Shown here one piece after another: positions 1-8,421 of a stretch of DNA of 52,410 nucleotides (its first letter is position 1; each line of letters starts with the position of its first letter). The stretch is from the IMG/VR virus record IMGVR_UViG_3300048852_000035, positions 1 through 52,410 of that record. The stretch is one strand, 5' to 3'. The notes below the pieces were generated by a model. The model was not told where the DNA came from and did no database searches. It saw only the letters and a list, made by a program, of their open reading frames with translations. The position numbers were made by a program, and so were the translations under genes. The DNA is from a virus (Duplodnaviria; Caudoviricetes).

Positions 1-114
1 TCGACCTGGAGCAGAGGACTTTGCAAACCATCGACAATCCGTTCGGCACGAGATTGTCACCCTTGTCTTAGGTACATTCTGTTACCTATGTCTTCGGGCT
101 GGACAAATGTCTGA

Positions 115-127
115 TTGGTAGCGGAGG
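115..127. repeat. Left attachment core of the prophage
   Basis: TTGGTAGCGGAGG is the reverse complement of the tRNA-Met 3' end (CCTCCGCTACCA+A); also at 41517-41529 and 52284-52296. Confidence 0.9.
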
Positions 128-240
128 TCCGTTCTGGTCATTATAGCCGAACGGAAGCCATTGATTTCATTGATCTTGGCACCTGGCAGGAAGCGCTCAT
201 CGAAGCGATTCAGTTGTACGGATTGGATAGGCCCAAATAG
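115..240 (+). other. Displaced 3' end of the serine integrase gene (attP-form C-terminus LVAEVRSGHYSRTEAIDFIDLGTWQEALIEAIQLYGLDRPK*)
   Basis: Open frame from the att core (TTG GTA GCG GAG, same frame as integrase LVAE) to TAG at 238-240. Confidence 0.75.
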
Positions 241-326
241 TCCACGAGCCTGTGCTTGAGCAAGCAGGCGCACAGAAGACTCCCGAAGCCGCGCGAAGGT
301 GCTATGTTGCCTGAATTGGCCACGAG

Positions 327-521
327 ATGGACATGTCAGAGAACCGCTACAATCTTCGTCAGGAAGCAGACGGCTCGTGGACTGTGTTCGACATCTTCAC
401 CGGCATGCCGGCCGAGGTAAATGAGGTTGAGCAAGTGGGGCTGGAGCTCGAGCAAGCCGACGATCTCGTCGACCTGCTGAACCTGTTGTACATCAAGCGG
501 AGATCTGGTTCGATGCATTGA
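327..521 (+). CDS. Small acidic hypothetical protein
   Basis: 64 aa ORF with protein-like composition (YNLRQEADGSWTVFDIFTG). Confidence 0.7.
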   Translation: MDMSENRYNLRQEADGSWTVFDIFTGMPAEVNEVEQVGLELEQADDLVDLLNLLYIKRRSGSMH

Positions 522-572
522 GGCCGACGTCAGCTCCTCGCCTTCCGCCCTCGCCTCGGCGTCGACGAGCCG

Positions 573-869
573 CTAGAAATTCAAGTAAATATTGACCGAC
601 GGTCGACGGTTGGAGCGATAGTCGTCGCGATAGCCGTAGCTCTGGGTGTAGTCGTAGCGGGGGAAGCACCTGCCGTAGTAACGGCATGAACGCCAAGCGT
701 GCCGCCTATTCCAATGGCTGTCTCGCCAATTTCGTCGGTGGTTGACTTGCTCAACCGCGCTCGTCTTCAAGTACTCCGGCCTAGGCACGGAGATCGGCGC
801 GGCGCTTGCCGGCAGAGCAAAAGTCGCAGCCAAAACTGCGGCTGTGAGGGCCGATAAGAACTTTCTCAT
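573..869 (-). CDS. Secreted small protein, rhizobial BA14K-like composition
   Basis: Signal peptide MRKFLSALTAAVLAATFALPASA, Arg/Tyr-rich body, upstream GAGGAG RBS. Confidence 0.75.
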   Translation of the reverse strand: MRKFLSALTAAVLAATFALPASAAPISVPRPEYLKTSAVEQVNHRRNWRDSHWNRRHAWRSCRYYGRCFPRYDYTQSYGYRDDYRSNRRPSVNIYLNF

Positions 870-942
870 GAAGGGATCCTCCTCGGTGCGGATGAGATTG
901 CACCGTCGAGGCTGAACTGCTGATGAATGGGTGTCCGCAGCC

Positions 943-978
943 TAGAAAAGGCCCCTCGCCCACGAAGAGCGAAGGGCT
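943..978 (-). terminator. Probable intrinsic terminator after HNH gene
   Basis: Imperfect stem GCCCCTCGC...GCGAAGGGC next to an A-run on the + strand. Confidence 0.4.
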
Positions 979-1070
979 GGCGCCAGTGCGAACCGTCGCC
1001 GGGAGCGCATTGATCCGGTTGGTGAGCCGGCAACCTGGCGGCTGGTGGTGGCAAGTAGCGCTCTGTGTTC

Positions 1071-1340
1071 TTAAAACTCGTCGCGTCGCCAGGACGCATA
1101 ACTCAGCCAATCACGGTCGCCGCGGTTATTGTTGCAGCGCTTGCATGCCATGGCCAGGTTGGACGGATGGCCCGTGCCCCCATCAGCGCGGCGATGTAGA
1201 TGCTCCAGTGTCGCTGCATAGGGCCGCGCGGCGTCGTATGGCCGGTACGTCAGGATCACGTGCTCGCCGCAGTAACAACAGCGCCCCTGCTGCTGCCAGA
1301 ACAGAAGCCACCTGAAATACCTTCCAGCGCGCGTGTCCAT
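1071..1340 (-). CDS. HNH endonuclease
   Basis: CCYC ... TLEHLHRRADGG...NLAMACKRCNN zinc/HNH motif. Confidence 0.88.
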   Translation of the reverse strand: MDTRAGRYFRWLLFWQQQGRCCYCGEHVILTYRPYDAARPYAATLEHLHRRADGGTGHPSNLAMACKRCNNNRGDRDWLSYASWRRDEF

Positions 1341-1426
1341 CGCTGCCTCCAAGTGGTCATCGCCTTCATGGGTCGACGCGGCGCCGAGTCTTGGTCTCGG
1401 CTGCCGCAGATCGGCATGCCTGAAAC

Positions 1427-1759
1427 TTAGGCGGGTTGCAGCGCTTCGGCGGCCCGTTGGATTTCGTGGATTTGAAAAGCGAGTTCATCTAGGCCGGATT
1501 CATCCAGAAGCCTATACTCCAGCAGATCTTCCAGGGCTCTCAGGTTGGTGAATACCTGTCCGATCACGGTGACGGCTACCTTTGCCTTCATCTGAAGATC
1601 ATAGGCGTCCTGCGACCAGGGGCGGTGCGGGCGGCTGTCGTCAGCGCCCTGCACCTGCTTTCTGCCAGTCTCAGCGGACTGGCATCTTAATCTTTTGCCT
1701 TCTTCAGGCTCAAAGGCGATCGTTGGCACGGGTCTTAATCTTGCGATCTTCGCGGTCAT
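1427..1759 (-). CDS. Hypothetical protein divergent from Xre regulator
   Basis: ATG at 1759 with GAGGAG RBS; helical C-terminus. Confidence 0.65.
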   Translation of the reverse strand: MTAKIARLRPVPTIAFEPEEGKRLRCQSAETGRKQVQGADDSRPHRPWSQDAYDLQMKAKVAVTVIGQVFTNLRALEDLLEYRLLDESGLDELAFQIHEIQRAAEALQPA

Positions 1760-1800
1760 GTTGTCTCCTCGTGTTGCGATGTTACCGAAAAACCGGTATG

Positions 1801-1866
1801 TCATTAAAAAACACTAACATCGCATCAATGTCAATATAAAATAATGACATTGGTGTTTTTTAATGA
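1801..1866. promoter_or_regulatory. Nested inverted repeats (operator) in AT-rich divergent promoter region
   Basis: TCATTAAAAAACAC (1801-1814) / GTGTTTTTTAATGA (1853-1866) and CAATGTCA (1826-1833) / TGACATTG (1845-1852). Confidence 0.7.
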
Positions 1867-1875
1867 GGTCAATGA

Positions 1876-2112
1876 ATGTCACCTGCACAGTGTCGTGCCG
1901 CCCGAGCATTGTTGAACTGGACGCAACCCCATCTTGCCGAAGCGGCTGGGGTGTCTCCATCTACCCTTCGCGACTTCGAATCTGGCAAGCGGGTGCCAAT
2001 AGCGAACAACTTGGTTGCAATTCGCACTGCGCTCGAAGCGGTCGGGGTCACCCTCTTGGAGGGCGGCGACGTTGCAGCGGGACCAGGGGTCGCCATGCAT
2101 CCGAAGTCTTAG
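1876..2112 (+). CDS. Xre-family HTH transcriptional regulator
   Basis: AQCRAARALLNWTQPHLAEAAGVSPSTLRDFESG. Confidence 0.92.
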   Translation: MSPAQCRAARALLNWTQPHLAEAAGVSPSTLRDFESGKRVPIANNLVAIRTALEAVGVTLLEGGDVAAGPGVAMHPKS

Positions 2113-2115
2113 ACG

Positions 2116-2895
2116 ATGGCGACGATGTACTTTACTGACAAAGCTCTCAAAGAGCTCGCGTCAGGATACCAAGAGATCAAGCCGAAATGCCTGGCATTGC
2201 GAGAGGAGTTTGTGGACCACCCCTACAAGACCGAACGTGGTCGAGAATACGGAACACATGGATTCGGCAGGAGAGTCGGTACTCTAGCGCGATGCATCCA
2301 GAGAATTTTCTCCGACCTCCCGCCTGATGCTGAAGGTGTTCCCCAGCGGGAAACGCTGCTGGACGTTTCAATCACGCTTCAGGCGCTCATCACGAACGTC
2401 TCGGGCTGCCTGGACAACCTCATTTGGACTTGGGTGTTCGAGAAGAGCGTTGCTCAGCCCGATGGCGCCGCACTTGATCAAAAGATGGTCGGACTTGGAA
2501 AGAGGTACAGGCATGTCTGGCAATCCTTCCCGCCACCCTTCCGCGCCTACCTTAAGAGCCGAACGGATTGGTTCAGGCATGTAAAGGAATTCCGCGATTC
2601 GCTTGCCCACCGCATTCCTCTTTACATTCCACCCTATTCGATCGATCCGAAAAATCAGGTTCGGTATTACGAGCTAGAACGGATGTCCTGGGCCGAGTTG
2701 TGCAATGGGAACATCGAAAAGCATGAATCACTGAAGAAGGAACAAGAGGGCCTAAGGTTCTTCCGACCCGTCATCGCGCATTCCCTGGTCGAGGGGTCAC
2801 CCCTAGCAGTTATCCACGCCCAGATCATTGCTGACTTTAATACAGTGGAGGAGCTCGGTCGCCGTTTCCTCGATGAGATGAAAGCCGAACCTTGA
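2116..2895 (+). CDS. Putative HEPN-domain ribonuclease (Cthe_2314-like)
   Basis: All-helical 259 aa protein with Rx4H motif FRDSLAHR. Confidence 0.6.
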   Translation: MATMYFTDKALKELASGYQEIKPKCLALREEFVDHPYKTERGREYGTHGFGRRVGTLARCIQRIFSDLPPDAEGVPQRETLLDVSITLQALITNVSGCLDNLIWTWVFEKSVAQPDGAALDQKMVGLGKRYRHVWQSFPPPFRAYLKSRTDWFRHVKEFRDSLAHRIPLYIPPYSIDPKNQVRYYELERMSWAELCNGNIEKHESLKKEQEGLRFFRPVIAHSLVEGSPLAVIHAQIIADFNTVEELGRRFLDEMKAEP

Positions 2896-3029
2896 CCGCG
2901 CCAACTCAAGGTAATAGCTTCTAATTTGCGGTCTACCAATCCGCGCAGGCGACCCGGCCTCTCACCACGAAATGGGCTTTCTTGTGCTTTCGGCGCCCGT
3001 CGGGAGCTGCTCTGTTTTTGTGGTGGAAA

Positions 3030-3323
3030 ATGAACGAACCAGCAGCGCTCGACACCGTTTACACAACTGACGAAGCAGCCGAACGTTTGCGCGTATCCCG
3101 ACGGACGATGATCAAGCTCGGCCGCGATCTGGGGGCGTGCTCCATGATCGGCCGGGAGTACTTTTTCAGCGAACGCGATCTGCTCGACATCTGGCAGGCT
3201 CAGCGAGCCATGCCCACGAGCTCCCAGGGGCGTGCCGTTGCGGTGAAGGGGTTTCTGTCCGATGTACGGCTCCAACATTCGCTACACCGGCTCACGCAGA
3301 AAAAGAGGAAGCGCCGCCAATGA
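3030..3323 (+). CDS. Excisionase-like HTH DNA-binding protein
   Basis: YTTDEAAERLRVSRRTM...GREYFFSERDL. Confidence 0.75.
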   Translation: MNEPAALDTVYTTDEAAERLRVSRRTMIKLGRDLGACSMIGREYFFSERDLLDIWQAQRAMPTSSQGRAVAVKGFLSDVRLQHSLHRLTQKKRKRRQ

Positions 3324-3622
3324 AGGTCGATCTGCTTTCCCAACTTCCGCTCTTCGCCACCGACAAAGAACTGGCCGTGGCGATTGTCGGCAAGGAACGC
3401 GCATCCATGTGGGTAAAAACCGTTATCCCGCAACTCGAGCGCAAGGGATTCCCGCGCATCGACCCTCTGCACGACGGCAGACCAGTGCCGCTGGTGAAAA
3501 AATTCTATGACGGATATTTCGGCATCACTGCCGGCTTCGCGGCGGTAGCGCCCGACGGGAAAGAGAACTTGGGCATGTGGAAGGGATCAAGGCGGCGGGC
3601 CAGGAGGCTTGTCGATGAATGA
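3320..3622 (+). CDS. Phage hypothetical protein, possibly a winged-helix partner of the excisionase-like gene
   Basis: ATGA overlap with upstream gene; KGFPRIDPLHDGR. Confidence 0.7.
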   Translation: MKVDLLSQLPLFATDKELAVAIVGKERASMWVKTVIPQLERKGFPRIDPLHDGRPVPLVKKFYDGYFGITAGFAAVAPDGKENLGMWKGSRRRARRLVDE

Positions 3623-3717
3623 CTCCCCTCGCCTCATCGGCAGCAGGCCACCACACCCCGCCTTGACCACCACCCAAAGTCGAGCAACATTTTCACCGGC
3701 AACTGTAGGGGCGACTC

Positions 3718-4107
3718 ATGAAAGCAAAACTTCTAGCCGCGGCTATTATCGCGGCGACGTTACAGGCATGCGCGACCACCGAATCGACGTCGCGCATGCT
3801 CACGTACAAGTTCCCTGTGCACAACGTGAAGATGCCAGACGATACGTATCGCGTGTACGATCATAAGACGGACAACACGCTGATGGTTGCTCCGAGCCTC
3901 GGCACCACGATGGCGATCGGCGCAGCACAAGGCGCAACGCTCGGCCTGGCCGACACCATGACGCCGGAGCAGAAGCTCGAGGCAGCCGCGCAGCAGCACC
4001 TGGCGAATACCGGCCGTGGCGCGTGCAAGATCACCAAGGGGTATTTGCTTCATAAGCCGCTTTACGAGTTCGTGTTTGAATGCCCTGCGCTGGGGCCGAA
4101 AGTGTAG
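3718..4107 (+). CDS. Lipoprotein
   Basis: Signal peptide with lipobox LQAC. Confidence 0.8.
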   Translation: MKAKLLAAAIIAATLQACATTESTSRMLTYKFPVHNVKMPDDTYRVYDHKTDNTLMVAPSLGTTMAIGAAQGATLGLADTMTPEQKLEAAAQQHLANTGRGACKITKGYLLHKPLYEFVFECPALGPKV

Positions 4108-4210
4108 GGGTCTCTCAACCTGTGGAACAACAACCGATCTCCCCTTCCCCATAGCGCGCACCCATGCTTAGTTGCGCGTGGGCTAAATTTCTTCTTTGAG
4201 GGGCATTTAC

Positions 4211-4543
4211 ATGAAAATCCGTTTGATCGTGCTGGCGACCACGCTGGCAGTGGCTTCCTGCGCTAAGCGTCCTGACGCAATCGTGCCGGTCGATATTCCC
4301 ATGGCGGCTTATAGCAACCAGAGCTGTCAGGGCCTGGCGCAAGAGCTCATGAAGGAGCAGGCAAACCTTGCTGCTGTTTCGAAGCAGCAGAACCAAGCGG
4401 CGACAGGCGACGCGATCGGCGTCTTCTTGGTCGGGGTACCTGCGTCCAGCACCTTCGGCGGGGACAAGGAAGGCCAGGTCGCCGTGTCGAAGGGCAAGGT
4501 CAACGCGATCGAAAGCTCGATAAAGGCGAAGGGGTGCAAGTAA
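4211..4543 (+). CDS. Lipoprotein
   Basis: MKIRLIVLATTLAVASC lipobox; GAGGGG RBS. Confidence 0.8.
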   Translation: MKIRLIVLATTLAVASCAKRPDAIVPVDIPMAAYSNQSCQGLAQELMKEQANLAAVSKQQNQAATGDAIGVFLVGVPASSTFGGDKEGQVAVSKGKVNAIESSIKAKGCK

Positions 4544-5115
4544 TGTTCAAGAATTTCCCACAGTCCGATTTGACGCTGGTCAGCACTGCAGGTCTTGAGG
4601 CGAAGCTCAAAGGCATTGTTGCCGAGGACCAAATTGTAGTGCCTGATGTATCAGCAAGCATCGACATTGGGGATGAGATCCGTCGTTCGTTACCCAACGG
4701 AAAAGATGAAACTTTCGAGGTCATGGATCCGGTTTTTCAAGAGGCGTTCGGGGGGATACCAGCGCACTATCAGGTGAAAGTGCGCAAAAAGGGCCTTCTT
4801 CCGACGGGCAGCGGCGGCAACTATACGATTAATGTCAGTGGCAGCAATTCGCGCGTAAACATCCACTCGCAAGACAACTCCCGTAACTTCGCGAACGATC
4901 TGAAAGTGTTTGAAGATGCGCGTGCCGCTGTATTAGCCCATCTGCCCGACAACGATCAGCGAGCGCAGATCGTTCGGGCCCTGGACGCGGCAAAAGCGGC
5001 AACTGGTGATCCGGACTCTTATCGCGCCGCGTATCAGAAGCTAATATCGAGCGCCGCCGATCACATGACTGTTCTGGCGCCGTTCCTTCCAATGCTCACG
5101 TCGTTCCTCGGGTAA
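4543..5115 (+). CDS. Hypothetical protein (beta-rich N-terminus, Asn/Ser-rich linker, helical C-terminus)
   Basis: TAATG coupling to upstream gene; 190 aa. Confidence 0.75.
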   Translation: MFKNFPQSDLTLVSTAGLEAKLKGIVAEDQIVVPDVSASIDIGDEIRRSLPNGKDETFEVMDPVFQEAFGGIPAHYQVKVRKKGLLPTGSGGNYTINVSGSNSRVNIHSQDNSRNFANDLKVFEDARAAVLAHLPDNDQRAQIVRALDAAKAATGDPDSYRAAYQKLISSAADHMTVLAPFLPMLTSFLG

Positions 5116-5121
5116 AGCAAT

Positions 5122-5505
5122 ATGGACCTTAAGACATTCGTTGCAGAGAGCCTGACCCAAATACTCGATGGTGTGCGTGAAGCGCAATCTCGCCCAGGTG
5201 GCGACAACGTGGCAGCAGAGGGTTACATCAACCCAACCAGCGGAAGCTTGATGACCGGCGGAACCAGTGGTTTTTTCACACTGGTCGAGTTCGACGTCTC
5301 CGTCCTAGCAGAAGCAAAAGAAGGTGGTACTTCAGTCAGAGTCGCGAGCGCTGAAATGTCAGAGGGCTCTTCAAGATCTCTGCAAAACGCCAGCAGAGTA
5401 AAGTTCTCGGTTCACGTCCGGTTGCCGGAAGGAGGGCAGAACAGAGACAGATCGTCGCTCTATCCCCGGTCCCACAGAACCAGCGACGACTATGAGCCGT
5501 TTTGA
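5122..5505 (+). CDS. Trypsin-co-occurring domain 2 (Trypco2)-like protein
   Basis: MDLKTFVAESLTQILDGVREAQ...VEFDVSV...RVKFSV pattern. Confidence 0.6.
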   Translation: MDLKTFVAESLTQILDGVREAQSRPGGDNVAAEGYINPTSGSLMTGGTSGFFTLVEFDVSVLAEAKEGGTSVRVASAEMSEGSSRSLQNASRVKFSVHVRLPEGGQNRDRSSLYPRSHRTSDDYEPF

Positions 5506-5538
5506 GTAGACGCGAAGTTCAACTGAGGGAGGGCCCAG

Positions 5539-6516
5539 TCAGCCGTCGAGATCAAACACCCCCGTCGCGTCCGCTCTCTCCCGTATCCCCTTGAACGCCG
5601 CGTGACGCAGCTTTCCGTCATCGGTCCAGGCGCGATATTCGACCTCGGCAATGAGGACCGGCTCGGTAAAGACGGCGCCTTTCCTCCTCAGGGTCACCGC
5701 CGGCGTTTTCGTCGCCATGCCCTCGAGCATTTTGCGGAGCTCCCGCGACAGCTGGTTTGACCATCCGGTTCCGCAGCCGCCGACATAGACGAGGTCGTCG
5801 CCCTTCAGTGCCGCCAGCAGCAATCGCCCGAGATGACCAGGCACAGTAGACGGCTCGAAACCGACGATCACGAAGCTATCGCGCCGCTTGCAGGTGATCT
5901 TCTGCCACCATTCGCTGCGGCCGGAGCGGTAGGGCTTCTCGACGTGCTTGGCGATGATGCCTTCAAGGCCGTGCTCGCAGGCAACCCGCAAGAACTCGTC
6001 GCCGTCCGCCTGAACCTCCTCCGAAAGGCGAACGGCGCCTTCCCGACCGGCGAAAAGCGGCTCGAGCAGCCGCCGGCGCTCTCGCAGCGGCAGGCGACGC
6101 AGATCGCGGCCGTTGAGATAGAGGAGATCGAAGGCGTAGAAGACGATGGCGCCGACTTCGACCGCCGACGGCAAGCGCCCGAGCGCCCGCTGTAGCATGC
6201 CGAAATCGGATCGGCCCTGATCGTCCAGAACGACAGCCTCCCCGTCCAAGATGGCTGTTTTCACGGCGAGCCGCCGTGCGTCATCAGCGATCGAGGGAAA
6301 GCGATCGGTCCAATCGTATCCGCCGCGCGTGAGGATCCGGACCCGGCCAGGCTCGATGTGCACGGCAATTCGATACCCGTCCCATTTCACCTCGTAGGCC
6401 CAGTCCTGACCTTTCGGCGGCTTGTCGACGAGCGTCGCGAGGCAGGGATCGATGCGCGCCGGAATGGTATCTGACGGAGGAAGATCGCGGGGCTTCTTTG
6501 AGGATGCTCTGGCCAT
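5539..6516 (-). CDS. ligD: ATP-dependent DNA ligase (LigD ligase domain only)
   Basis: YEVKWDGYR (KxDG), LDGE, FYAFDLL, EGIIAK, GKLRH. Confidence 0.92.
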   Translation of the reverse strand: MARASSKKPRDLPPSDTIPARIDPCLATLVDKPPKGQDWAYEVKWDGYRIAVHIEPGRVRILTRGGYDWTDRFPSIADDARRLAVKTAILDGEAVVLDDQGRSDFGMLQRALGRLPSAVEVGAIVFYAFDLLYLNGRDLRRLPLRERRRLLEPLFAGREGAVRLSEEVQADGDEFLRVACEHGLEGIIAKHVEKPYRSGRSEWWQKITCKRRDSFVIVGFEPSTVPGHLGRLLLAALKGDDLVYVGGCGTGWSNQLSRELRKMLEGMATKTPAVTLRRKGAVFTEPVLIAEVEYRAWTDDGKLRHAAFKGIRERADATGVFDLDG

Positions 6517-6550
6517 GGACCATTAACGCACAGGCCCGCGAAAAGCCGAA

Positions 6551-6584
6551 TTGACTCTTTCGGCTGAGAGAACATATTAGGAAC
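6551..6584 (+). promoter_or_regulatory. Sigma70-like promoter with alphaproteobacterial LexA (SOS) box
   Basis: TTGACT at 6551-6556; GAAC-ATATTAG-GAAC at 6570-6584 matches GAAC-N7-GAAC and covers the -10 position. Confidence 0.8.
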
Positions 6585-6647
6585 ATTCAGCGGCGATGCG
6601 GCGCGCCAAGTCATTAATCAGGGGCGACAACGACAAAGGCGCGCATC

Positions 6648-7097
6648 ATGCGAACACTTGAAGATGAAATAGGAACCGCGATTGAAGTCGATCTTGCGGT
6701 AATGCCTCCGCACCAAAGGCGGGCCTATGCCGGCCTCGACCAGTATCGCCGTCCCGTCGAGGTGCGCGGCGTCCAGGAGCTCGCCAAGGGAATCGCCGAA
6801 TCGTTCGGGGCCTTTGCCATCTTCGATGTCGAGACGGTGTTGCGGTCTCCGGCGATCGCGCCATTCGTCACGCAGACGCTCTACGCAATCCCGATCGAAC
6901 TGAGGCGGGCCGCCTGCGACAGCGACCGGCTGAAAGCAGAAGGCGCACGAAAGGAGATCGCGCGGATAATCTCGACCGCACTTCTGGCGCGATATCATTT
7001 CGAGCCCTTGAAGCACGTCGGCGCCTCCTGCCATCCGAACTGGGAAGAGGCCTTCGAGCAGCAGTTCGGCGCCGGCCGAGGAGGATCAAGCGGATGA
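6648..7097 (+). CDS. Hypothetical protein, first gene of LexA-box operon
   Basis: 149 aa ORF, ATGA-coupled to next gene. Confidence 0.75.
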   Translation: MRTLEDEIGTAIEVDLAVMPPHQRRAYAGLDQYRRPVEVRGVQELAKGIAESFGAFAIFDVETVLRSPAIAPFVTQTLYAIPIELRRAACDSDRLKAEGARKEIARIISTALLARYHFEPLKHVGASCHPNWEEAFEQQFGAGRGGSSG

Positions 7098-7312
7098 GTG
7101 ACGAACTGGGAGCGAAACCCCACTACGAGACCGGCCCATATGTCCATTACTGCGAGCATCCCGGCTGCACGAAGTGGGGCAGCTTCGGCTTCGCAGTCGG
7201 CCGCGCCGAGCCGAACTGGTTCTGCTCTGAGCATCAGCCCGAGTGGAAAATCGGCCCTACCACCCAGGCGCCGTTGACGGCGCGGACGAAGCGCGGAATA
7301 CCCGAGCTATGA
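7094..7312 (+). CDS. Small zinc-finger-like protein
   Basis: HYCEHPGC...WFCSEH. Confidence 0.7.
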   Translation: MSDELGAKPHYETGPYVHYCEHPGCTKWGSFGFAVGRAEPNWFCSEHQPEWKIGPTTQAPLTARTKRGIPEL

Positions 7313-7497
7313 CCGTAACAATCACAGAAGAACAACGCGAAGCCGCCGACAACCTGCGCGAGTCAATGCGGATCTTCAACGATGCCATTCGTATGGCAGC
7401 CTATCGAGGGCTGCACGTAAAGGTGAAGCTGCTTCAGATGCATCGCACCGAAGGGCCGACTCCGGTTCCGCAGGTCGACGTCCTCGCAAAGCTGTGA
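7309..7497 (+). CDS. Small hypothetical protein
   Basis: ATGA overlap with upstream gene; 62 aa. Confidence 0.65.
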   Translation: MTVTITEEQREAADNLRESMRIFNDAIRMAAYRGLHVKVKLLQMHRTEGPTPVPQVDVLAKL

Positions 7498-7527
7498 CGA
7501 AGGCAGCCCCGCGCCTCCCTTCCCGCT

Positions 7528-7905
7528 TTATTTTGTGGCGATTTTTTGCTTCTCTAGTTCATTCGCTCTTATATCGCGTCGGTCGTTATAAATGTATTCC
7601 AATGACTTGGCGGCGATGAACGTCATAAACAAGAAGACACTAACATATACAAACGGCTCTCCTATCTTCTCGACCGTGGTTGCAGTCGCTTGGATGGCGC
7701 CAACTTTGATTGCTAGATTAACCGCCCAGTCTTTCGCCGCCCAAAGCCCGAGTGCAAAGGTTACGATGTTGAGCGACAATATAAGCGCAAGTTTCAACGG
7801 ATCTTTGCGATAGACGATCAGAAAGAAAGCACAAGTTACTACAACTAGGCCAGCGATGGTGTAGCCAAACCCCTGAAGCAATCTGTCGAGCTGGTCCTCA
7901 TTCAT
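7528..7905 (-). CDS. Membrane protein (~3 TM)
   Basis: Three hydrophobic stretches; AT-richer than flanks. Confidence 0.7.
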   Translation of the reverse strand: MNEDQLDRLLQGFGYTIAGLVVVTCAFFLIVYRKDPLKLALILSLNIVTFALGLWAAKDWAVNLAIKVGAIQATATTVEKIGEPFVYVSVFLFMTFIAAKSLEYIYNDRRDIRANELEKQKIATK

Positions 7906-8141
7906 GGCCTTTTCCGACCCTCCATGCAGCTCGCGATGATCAATGCGGGAATGGAGCACAAGACCAAGAAGAACGAGTAGTCATAGACCGAAAATGGCAG
8001 GCGAGATGAGACACCGTGAATTGCGACAGAGAAGCCGTAGAACACGTATACTCCGGCGACAACCCGCACGTAGCTTGCAGGTCCATTGAACCGAAAGAAG
8101 TGTCTCGGGAAAGCAAAAGCTAGAAGACCTTTCAAGTCCAT
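7902..8141 (-). CDS. Small membrane protein (~2 TM)
   Basis: ATGA overlap with downstream gene; hydrophobic segments; start uncertain. Confidence 0.5.
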   Translation of the reverse strand: MDLKGLLAFAFPRHFFRFNGPASYVRVVAGVYVFYGFSVAIHGVSSRLPFSVYDYSFFLVLCSIPALIIASCMEGRKRP

Positions 8142-8358
8142 CAAAAGGTCGCTTTGCCGGCGCCGCTCTTTGCGGCGAGGTCCCGGAACGGTCCCACCAG
8201 TCGCTGACATCAAGGCCCCCACAACAGCAGGCATCAGAAAGATACGTTGAACTCAGAGTACAACTGCAACCAGGGCATAGCAACCATTCGGCCTGCTTTG
8301 CGCTGCGGTTTTTTTAGCTAACGCTGAATTGCTAGTCGCAGGGTTGCCCGCCAACAAC

Positions 8359-8394
8359 AAAAAAGGCCCGCCACCGATTAAGGTAGCGGGCCTT
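8359..8394 (-). terminator. Intrinsic terminator after kinase/DUF3037 operon
   Basis: AAGGCCCGC-CACC...GGTA-GCGGGCCTT stem followed by a T-run on the minus strand. Confidence 0.75.
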
Positions 8395-8421
8395 GGAGGC
8401 GTGCGGGTGGTGAAGCAAGCG

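Noticed and set aside
5539-6516. Complete NHEJ system
   Set aside because: Ligase domain only; no Ku, polymerase or phosphoesterase domain in the window
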